Positions 57,541 through 64,000 of a stretch of 64,000 bases of DNA are shown here, in pieces. Numbering within the stretch: the first letter of the stretch is position 1; every line of letters starts with the position of its first letter. The DNA lies in assembly GCA_963704905.1 (NCBI GenBank), contig CAVPHZ010000001.1, positions 707,438 through 771,437 on the forward strand, in the 5' to 3' direction. The DNA is from Candidatus Chisholmbacteria bacterium. Its GTDB lineage: Bacteria; Patescibacteriota; Microgenomatia; UBA1400; Chisholmbacteraceae. The notes under the pieces were generated by a model. The model had not been told where the DNA came from and made no database searches. It worked only from the letters and a program-made list of their open reading frames with translations. The translations under genes were made by a program, and so were the position numbers.

Positions 57541-60500
57541 ACTTCCTGCGAGATTTTGAAGGTAGAGTCCGTAGATGTTGTCATCGGTGGTTTGATCGGT
57601 GGCATTGTTAGCGGCAAGGATATTTAACCCTGCAAAGGTGTCGGCGTCATTGCCGGTATCTCCGGTGACATTCAAGTCCGCAAAGATGGCATCAACGCCA
57701 TTTGTAAGTGTACCGACATCCACGATCAAGGCATCTACGGTCGTGTCGGTGGTATCGGCATCTATGGTTAGCGAGTCGGCAGCTCCCAGGTCAAAGTTTC
57801 CGGCGCCATCGACATCAAATCTGGCATCTGGGATGCTATCACCGATGCCAACGTTTCCTGAAGTGTCTACCGTGAGGAAGATGTTAGACCCCGGAGTGGT
57901 GCCATCACCGATGTGGAAGTAGTCATTGTCATCTCCGCTTGCATCTTCCTGTACGCCAAGCCAAAAGTCAGTATCTGTGGCGGTGGCGACGTCAAAGATG
58001 ATGCTGGGGTCGGCGTCACTGAGGACAACGTTACCGGCGCTGGTGCTGCCGGGAGTGAAGACGATGTCACCGGCGTTGTAGGTATTGAGGGTGAAATCGT
58101 TACTTTCAAAACTTTCGCCGACATCAATGGTGAACGGACCGTATGACTCGATTTGGGAGGCGGTTTGGTTGGTGAAGATTGCATCATAGGAGAAGGAGAC
58201 ATCTCCGGCAGCGGTAAAGGAGTGGGGGACTGCAGATTCTATCTGGGTTTGGGAAACGGTGAAGACATCTGAGCCGTTATCATAGACCGCAAACAGATTC
58301 CCCGTGACTGTTGCATTCCCATTGACATCAATCACAAACAGGTCAGCATCGGTGGTGTCTGCTGATCCCGGGTTCCAGGCAAATCTTCCCAGGGCTCCAT
58401 TGAGGGATCCATCTGCAAGTCCGGTTGAGGTTGATTCCACATAGAGGGCATTACCGGTGGTTAAACCATCTGCTGACATGGCAAATAAGCCTGAGGTTTG
58501 GATGGCATCGGCAGTGATATCGATGAGGTTTTCAGTGGTCAGGGCTCCGGTCCAGTCAATGTCAAACAGACCGCCTCTGGTTCCGGCGCCATTGAGGTCG
58601 AAGGTGGCGACGGTGCCGGTGGTGTTGTTGTCATTGACCTCAATCATGCTGGCGGTACGGGCACTGGCCGTATTGCCGATGACCATGGCTTGGGAATCAA
58701 CCGCAGTTGCACCCAAGTCGATGTTGATGACGTCTCCAGTTGCTGCTCCGGCGCCGACGTTGACATCGATAAGGTTGCTCGTCCAGGCTTGTGCTCCAGT
58801 GGTGATGTCGATGAGGTTTTCGTTGGTGAACGCTCCGGAGGTATCGATATCAAAGATCCCTCCTCTTGTTGATGAGCTGTCAATATCAACGGTGGCGACC
58901 GTGCCGGTAGTGTTGTTCTCGGTGATCTGTACGGCTGATTGGGTCCTGGCTCCGGCTGAGGTCGACATGACTAACCCTTGGGCAGCGGTTGCCGTAGCAC
59001 CCATAGAGATGTTGATGGCATCTCCGGTGTCGGCAATGTTGCCGAAGTTGAGGTCAACTAAGTTGCCTGAACTTGCAGCTGAAGAAGTGGTGATATCAAT
59101 GATATTTGAGGCCGGACCGCCGGTGATATTGAAGTCCATGACGTTGGCGAGAGAGTTGAGGGCGCCGGAGGAATTAATCTGGAAGATGGCGGCATCGTCG
59201 GAGGCAGATCCAGTACTGGCGGTGGTGATATCAATTAATGCATCGGTTCTTGCCCCACCTGCGTCAGCGATGACAAAGGCGCCACCGGCGAGGTTGCTTG
59301 AACCCATGCTGATATTGTGAATGTCTCCGGTTGAAGCCGCGGCGCCGACATTGACGTCAAATATGTTTCCAGTCCAAGCTTGGGCGCCGGTGGTGATGTC
59401 GAACATATTTCCGGTCCAGGCCGCAGAAGTGTCGATGTCCATGAGCCAGCCGGCGGTGTTCGAGATAGCTGCGTTACTGACAACAAAGTTTTGCAGGGCT
59501 ACGGCGTTGGCTGGAACTGCTACATTGAAGATGTCTCCGGTGGCTGCGGCATTTCCCGGATTAATATCAAAGATGTTGCTGGTCCAGGCTTGAGCTCCGG
59601 TGGTAATATCGATTAAGTGCTCGGTTCCGAAAGCTCCGGTGGTGTCGATGTCAAAGAGACTTCCTCTTGTGCCACCAATGTTAAAGTCAAATGTGGGTAC
59701 TGTGCCGCTAGTATTATTGTCGTTAATCTCGACCATGCTGGCTGTTCTGATGCTTGAGGAGTTGCTAATGACCAAGGCTTGGGCGTTGACTGCGGTTGCA
59801 CCTAGGTCAAGGTTGATGAGGTCTCCGGTAGCCGCAACAGCACCGATGTTCAGATCGAGAAGATTGGATGTGAAGGCTGCGGAGGCGGTGATATCAATTA
59901 GATGTTCGGTTCCCAAGGCTCCAGTTAGGTTGGCGTCTAGGAGCCCTCCTCTGGTTTCAGCAGAATCCCATTGAATGGTGGGGACGGTTCCGGTGGTGTT
60001 GTTTTCATTGATGTCTATGAGGGCTGTGGTTCTTACCCCTGAAACACTGGTCAAATCAAGGGCCTCACCGGCGACTGCGGAAGAGATCGCTGCTCCGGTG
60101 TCCCATCCGGAGCCGATATTGATGGCTGTTTCACTGGCTCCGGTTCCGGTAATACCATCCAGATTTATTCCATAGAACAAGTCCCCAGATCCGCCTCCAG
60201 CGATAGGGTCAAAGTTCACATGAAGTCCTGAGATTGTTCCATCCGCGACGATATTTCCAGCCTCCATGATAAGGTACAACCCATCAACTCCATCGGTAAC
60301 GATTCCAGTGTTGGTTGCGCCAGAAGAGAGATCAATAGAAATTGCATCGGCGGTGGGAATGACTTGGTTGGTTGAGCTGTCGATTTCAAACTGAATATCT
60401 GCTGCATCACCATATTGGAGCCGGAGTCTATCAGCAGCGGTGAATTTATCAATGATGCCTCCACTGGTGGTAAATGGCTGACTGGCCCCGGTGGCCCAGC

Positions 60501-63500
60501 CGCAGTTGGTGAGGGCCGGATCACAGAGCAGATCATCTCCCCAGTACAAGGATCCGGTGGCCTGTCCCGGTCCGGTACCGAAGTTGATGACGTTGTTGGC
60601 AGAGGCATCCACATTCAAGCCAATGGTGGTGCCATTGACCGAGAGTCCGGTATTGAACAGGGCATCGTCTTCCACATAGAGGCCATAGTCCCAACCGGTG
60701 CCAGCCTGATAGATACCATATTCATCGCCGGCATCGGGAGTGCCTGCCAAGTTCTGGACCCGGATGCCATAGACAATGTCATCATCGGTACTGGTCTGGG
60801 TGGCCAGGACATCCAAGCCAATCAAGGTATCCACCCCGGCATCGGTGATGGTTTCAATATCCAGATTGATGGCTTGCTGGTTGGTGGTACTATCCAAATC
60901 TACATTGATGATGCCGGTGGTGCCGGTATTATCCGTGGTGGCGGCATCGATGGTCAGGTCATTGCCGGCTCCCAGGACCAAGGCCAAGTCGGTGACATCA
61001 CTGATAGCGCCACTATTGATATCGATGCCATTGATGGTCTCATCGGTCACCGTGGTTATATCCCCAGTGGCGGCGACTTGGAAGACGTTTCCGGTGCCGG
61101 CGGTGAGGGTGCCGGAGACATCCAGGTTGCCGGTGGTGCCGCCATCGGCCAAGGTCATCAGGTCATTGCCGGCATCATCTTCCCAGGTAAAGGTACCCCC
61201 ATCGGCAATCTGAATTTGGGTGGTGGTGTCATTGAAGAAGAGGTTGGCATCCCAGCCGGAACCAATGGAGAGGGCCCGTTCCAGGACGGTGCCGTCGGCA
61301 GAGGCAAGGTTGGCGATATTGATGCCGCTTAAGACATCGGCATCCCCGGTGGCGGCTGAGGTGACATCCACATTGATGGCACTGACGGTATCGACATTGG
61401 CATCGGCTCCTAAGGTGAGGTTGAAGTCGGTCTGACTGCCATCATCGGTGATGGTGTTGGTCCAGCTGTGCAGCCCCGTCCAAGCAAAGTCGTAGGCTTC
61501 GTTGACGGCCACATCATTGGCATTGACGGTAATCCCGGTGCCGGCACCCACCGTGAAGGTGACATCACCATCGGCACCCACCAGCACATCATCGGCTCCG
61601 CCGGTCAAGCCATTGCCGGCCACCGCATCTCCCAAGAGTCGGATGGTGAGATCCAAGTTCTCATCGGTGTCATCGCCATTGACCAGGTCGGTGAGGACAT
61701 TGCCATCGGTACTGGTAAAGCGCAGGACATTGCTGTCGACAATGGCATAGGTATCGGTATCGTCATCGGCAATGGTCCAGGAGGTGAAGGCAGAGGCTCC
61801 GGTAGCCCAGCCGCAGTTGGTGAGGGCCGGATCACAGAGCAGATCATCTCCCCAGTACAAGGATCCGGTGGCCTGTCCCGGTCCGGTACCGAAGTTGATG
61901 ACGTTGTTGGCAGAGGCATCCACATTCAAGCCAATGGTGGTGCCATTGACCGAGAGTCCGGTATTGAACAGGGCATCGTCTTCCACATAGAGGCCATAGT
62001 CCCAACCGGTGCCAGCCTGATAGATACCATATTCATCGCCGGCATCGGGAGTGCCTGCCAAGTTCTGGACCCGGATGCCATAGACAATGTCATCATCGGT
62101 ACTGGTCTGGGTGGCCAGGACATCCAAGCCAATCAAGGTATCCACCCCGGCATCGGTGATGGTTTCAATATCCAGATTGATGGCTTGCTGGTTGGTGGTA
62201 CTATCCAAATCTACATTGATGATGCCGGTGGTGCCGGTATTATCCGTGGTGGCGGCATCGATGGTCAGGTCATTGCCGGCTCCCAGGACCAAGGCCAAGT
62301 CGGTGACATCACTGATAGCGCCACTATTGATATCGATGCCATTGATGGTCTCATCGGTCACCGTGGTTATATCCCCAGTGGCGGCGACTTGGAAGACGTT
62401 TCCGGTGCCGGCGGTGAGGGTGCCGGAGACATCCAGGTTGCCGGTGGTGCCGCCATCGGCCAAGGTCATCAGGTCATTGCCGGCATCATCTTCCCAGGTA
62501 AAGGTACCCCCATCGGCAATCTGAATTTGGGTGGTGGTGTCATTGAAGAAGAGGTTGGCATCCCAGCCGGAACCAATGGAGAGGGCCCGTTCCAGGACGG
62601 TGCCGTCGGCAGAGGCAAGGTTGGCGATATTGATGCCGCTTAAGACATCGGCATCCCCGGTGGCGGCTGAGGTGACATCCACATTGATGGCACTGACGGT
62701 ATCGACATTGGCATCGGCTCCTAAGGTGAGGTTGAAGTCGGTCTGACTGCCATCATCGGTGATGGTGTTGGTCCAGCTGTGCAGCCCCGTCCAAGCAAAG
62801 TCGTAGGCTTCGTTGACGGCCACATCATTGGCATTGACGGTAATCCCGGTGCCGGCACCCACCGTGAAGGTGACATCACCATCGGCACCCACCAGCACAT
62901 CATCGGCTCCGCCGGTCAAGCCATTGCCGGCCACCGCATCTCCCAAGAGTCGGATGGTGAGATCCAAGTTCTCATCGGTGTCATCGCCATTGACCAGGTC
63001 GGTGAGGACATTGCCATCGGTACTGGTAAAGCGCAGGACATTGCTGTCGACAATGGCATAGGTATCGGTATCGTCATCGGCAATGGTCCAGGAGGTGAAG
63101 GCAGAGGCTCCGGTAGCCCAGCCGCAGTTGGTGAGGGCCGGATCACAGAGCAGATCATCTCCCCAGTACAAGGATCCGGTGGCCTGTCCCGGTCCGGTAC
63201 CGAAGTTGATGACGTTGTTGGCAGAGGCATCCACATTCAAGCCAATGGTGGTGCCATTGACCGAGAGTCCGGTATTGAACAGGGCATCGTCTTCCACATA
63301 GAGGCCATAGTCCCAACCGGTGCCAGCCTGATAGATACCATATTCATCGCCGGCATCGGGAGTGCCTGCCAAGTTCTGGACCCGGATGCCATAGACAATG
63401 TCATCATCGGTACTGGTCTGGGTGGCCAGGACATCCAAGCCAATCAAGGTATCCACCCCGGCATCGGTGATGGTTTCAATATCCAGATTGATGGCTTGCT

Positions 63501-64000
63501 GGTTGGTGGTACTATCCAAATCTACATTGATGATGCCGGTGGTGCCGGTATTATCCGTGGTGGCGGCATCGATGGTCAGGTCATTGCCGGCTCCCAGGAC
63601 CAAGGCCAAGTCGGTGACATCACTGATAGCGCCACTATTGATATCGATGCCATTGATGGTCTCATCGGTCACCGTGGTTATATCCCCAGTGGCGGCGACT
63701 TGGAAGACGTTTCCGGTGCCGGCGGTGAGGGTGCCGGAGACATCCAGGTTGCCGGTGGTGCCGCCATCGGCCAAGGTCATCAGGTCATTGCCGGCATCAT
63801 CTTCCCAGGTAAAGGTACCCCCATCGGCAATCTGAATTTGGGTGGTGGTGTCATTGAAGAAGAGGTTGGCATCCCAGCCGGAACCAATGGAGAGGGCCCG
63901 TTCCAGGACGGTGCCGTCGGCAGAGGCAAGGTTGGCGATATTGATGCCGCTTAAGACATCGGCATCCCCGGTGGCGGCTGAGGTGACATCCACATTGATG
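55552..64000 (-). CDS. giant repetitive surface protein, N-terminal-ward 2813+ aa; the 5' end is probably beyond the window; the same gene as 50070..55643 apart from a frameshift
   Basis: A single ORF to the window edge with three 437-aa repeats identical at DNA level, then duplicated 1000-aa segments. The in-frame ATG at 63993 is probably not the true start. GC about 58%. Confidence 0.7.
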   Translation of the reverse strand, partial: INVDVTSAATGDADVLSGINIANLASADGTVLERALSIGSGWDANLFFNDTTTQIQIADGGTFTWEDDAGNDLMTLADGGTTGNLDVSGTLTAGTGNVFQVAATGDITTVTDETINGIDINSGAISDVTDLALVLGAGNDLTIDAATTDNTGTTGIINVDLDSTTNQQAINLDIETITDAGVDTLIGLDVLATQTSTDDDIVYGIRVQNLAGTPDAGDEYGIYQAGTGWDYGLYVEDDALFNTGLSVNGTTIGLNVDASANNVINFGTGPGQATGSLYWGDDLLCDPALTNCGWATGASAFTSWTIADDDTDTYAIVDSNVLRFTSTDGNVLTDLVNGDDTDENLDLTIRLLGDAVAGNGLTGGADDVLVGADGDVTFTVGAGTGITVNANDVAVNEAYDFAWTGLHSWTNTITDDGSQTDFNLTLGADANVDTVSAINVDVTSAATGDADVLSGINIANLASADGTVLERALSIGSGWDANLFFNDTTTQIQIADGGTFTWEDDAGNDLMTLADGGTTGNLDVSGTLTAGTGNVFQVAATGDITTVTDETINGIDINSGAISDVTDLALVLGAGNDLTIDAATTDNTGTTGIINVDLDSTTNQQAINLDIETITDAGVDTLIGLDVLATQTSTDDDIVYGIRVQNLAGTPDAGDEYGIYQAGTGWDYGLYVEDDALFNTGLSVNGTTIGLNVDASANNVINFGTGPGQATGSLYWGDDLLCDPALTNCGWATGASAFTSWTIADDDTDTYAIVDSNVLRFTSTDGNVLTDLVNGDDTDENLDLTIRLLGDAVAGNGLTGGADDVLVGADGDVTFTVGAGTGITVNANDVAVNEAYDFAWTGLHSWTNTITDDGSQTDFNLTLGADANVDTVSAINVDVTSAATGDADVLSGINIANLASADGTVLERALSIGSGWDANLFFNDTTTQIQIADGGTFTWEDDAGNDLMTLADGGTTGNLDVSGTLTAGTGNVFQVAATGDITTVTDETINGIDINSGAISDVTDLALVLGAGNDLTIDAATTDNTGTTGIINVDLDSTTNQQAINLDIETITDAGVDTLIGLDVLATQTSTDDDIVYGIRVQNLAGTPDAGDEYGIYQAGTGWDYGLYVEDDALFNTGLSVNGTTIGLNVDASANNVINFGTGPGQATGSLYWGDDLLCDPALTNCGWATGASQPFTTSGGIIDKFTAADRLRLQYGDAADIQFEIDSSTNQVIPTADAISIDLSSGATNTGIVTDGVDGLYLIMEAGNIVADGTISGLHVNFDPIAGGGSGDLFYGINLDGITGTGASETAINIGSGWDTGAAISSAVAGEALDLTSVSGVRTTALIDINENNTTGTVPTIQWDSAETRGGLLDANLTGALGTEHLIDITASAAFTSNLLDLNIGAVAATGDLINLDLGATAVNAQALVISNSSSIRTASMVEINDNNTSGTVPTFDFNIGGTRGSLFDIDTTGAFGTEHLIDITTGAQAWTSNIFDINPGNAAATGDIFNVAVPANAVALQNFVVSNAAISNTAGWLMDIDTSAAWTGNMFDITTGAQAWTGNIFDVNVGAAASTGDIHNISMGSSNLAGGAFVIADAGGARTDALIDITTASTGSASDDAAIFQINSSGALNSLANVMDFNITGGPASNIIDITTSSAASSGNLVDLNFGNIADTGDAINISMGATATAAQGLVMSTSAGARTQSAVQITENNTTGTVATVDIDSSSTRGGIFDIDTSGAFTNENLIDITTGAQAWTSNLIDVNVGAGAATGDVINIDLGATAVDSQAMVIGNTASARTASMIEVNDNNTTGTVATFDLNGAGTRGGLFDIDWTGALTTENLIDITADAIQTSGLFAMSADGLTTGNALYVESTSTGLADGSLNGALGRFAWNPGSADTTDADLFVIDVNGNATVTGNLFAVYDNGSDVFTVSQTQIESAVPHSFTAAGDVSFSYDAIFTNQTASQIESYGPFTIDVGESFESNDFTLNTYNAGDIVFTPGSTSAGNVVLSDADPSIIFDVATATDTDFWLGVQEDASGDDNDYFHIGDGTTPGSNIFLTVDTSGNVGIGDSIPDARFDVDGAGNFDLGAADSLTIDADTTDTTVDALIVDVGTLTNGVDAIFADLNVTGDTGNDADTFAGLNILAANNATDQTTDDNIYGLYLQNLAGSAKDGDEYGIYQAGTGWDYGLYVEDDALFNTGLSVNGTTIGLNVDASANNVINFGTGPGQATGSLYWGDDLLCDPALTNCGWATGASQPFTTSGGIIDKFTAADRLRLQYGDAADIQFEIDSSTNQVIPTADAISIDLSSGATNTGIVTDGVDGLYLIMEAGNIVADGTISGLHVNFDPIAGGGSGDLFYGINLDGITGTGASETAINIGSGWDTGAAISSAVAGEALDLTSVSGVRTTALIDINENNTTGTVPTIQWDSAETRGGLLDANLTGALGTEHLIDITASAAFTSNLLDLNIGAVAATGDLINLDLGATAVNAQALVISNSSSIRTASMVEINDNNTSGTVPTFDFNIGGTRGSLFDIDTTGAFGTEHLIDITTGAQAWTSNLIDINVGAAASTGDALNVNMGTNNLAGGAFVVSAAGGARTDAIIDITTASTGSASDNAAIFQINASGNLNSLANIYDINTTGTFASNVIDITSGAQAATGNYIDINPGNAAQTGDIFNVAVPANAVALQNFVVSNAAISNTAGWLMDIDTSAAWTGNIFDITTGAQAWTGNIFDVNVGAAASTGDIHNISMGSSNLAGGAFVVADAGGARTDALIDITTASTGSASDDAAIFQINSSGSLNASANVMDFNITGGPASNIIDITTSTSCFIRKLS
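57950..60740. repeat. segmental duplication copy 2
   Basis: See copy 1. It differs by single-nucleotide changes (e.g. TGA vs TGG at 55477/58979) and a 304-bp indel. Confidence 0.7.
60495..64000. repeat. perfect tandem repeat, unit 1311 bp, about 2.7 copies in the window (the array may continue past 64000)
   Basis: + strand ORFs 60776..61213 = 62087..62524 = 63398..63835 and 61468..62643 = 62779..63954 are identical in translation at an exact 1311-bp offset; the giant protein repeats VDVTSAATGDADVLSG...DTVSAIN three times. Confidence 0.8.

Noticed and set aside
60415-63954. Long + strand Gly/Ile/Asp-rich ORFs (60415..61332, 61468..62643, 62779..63954 and many shorter ones) inside the giant gene
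   Set aside because: They are antisense artefacts of the GC-rich, stop-poor repeat. The minus strand carries a single continuous frame with coherent repeat architecture. Their exact recurrence merely reflects the 1311-bp DNA repeats.
60495-64000. Possible CRISPR array suggested by the regular repeats
   Set aside because: The repeat unit is 1311 bp, entirely protein-coding, with no short repeat-spacer alternation and no cas genes.

Overview
The window is a 64-kb fragment with compact, mostly 40-45% GC housekeeping genes (mscL, rpsA, radA, rho, a purine phosphoribosyltransferase, an M23/LysM peptidase, a cation/H+ antiporter, several GT-C glycosyltransferase paralogs, two tRNA-Ala genes). These are followed by a roughly 35-kb minus-strand surface-protein locus (28711..64000). 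That locus holds three paralogous DUF2341-like plus LamG/concanavalin-repeat giant genes, each broken into several overlapping out-of-frame ORFs and bracketed by two IS200-like (RAYT-type) HUH tyrosine transposase paralogs and two families of palindromic REP-like repeats. It also holds an Avd-like four-helix-bundle protein gene and a GC-rich giant gene of at least 13.9 kb with perfect 1311-bp tandem repeats and a ~3-kb segmental duplication. The overall gene content (DUF2341/LamG giants, many GT-C paralogs, rpsA without a Shine-Dalgarno) is reminiscent of Patescibacteria/CPR-like genomes, but that is inference only. Other notable points are a 1.3-kb ORF-free region with a near-consensus promoter and RNase P RNA-like motifs, a tandem pair of paralogous proteins with beta-carbonic-anhydrase-like motifs, a lysine-rich histone-H1-like extension on S1 with a free-standing lysine-rich mini-ORF, a frameshifted Zn-alcohol-dehydrogenase pseudogene in a GC-elevated decayed region, and a tRNA-Ala gene plus its degenerate copy flanking the antiporter gene. 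All annotations rest on hand translation and motif recognition; no database searches were run.
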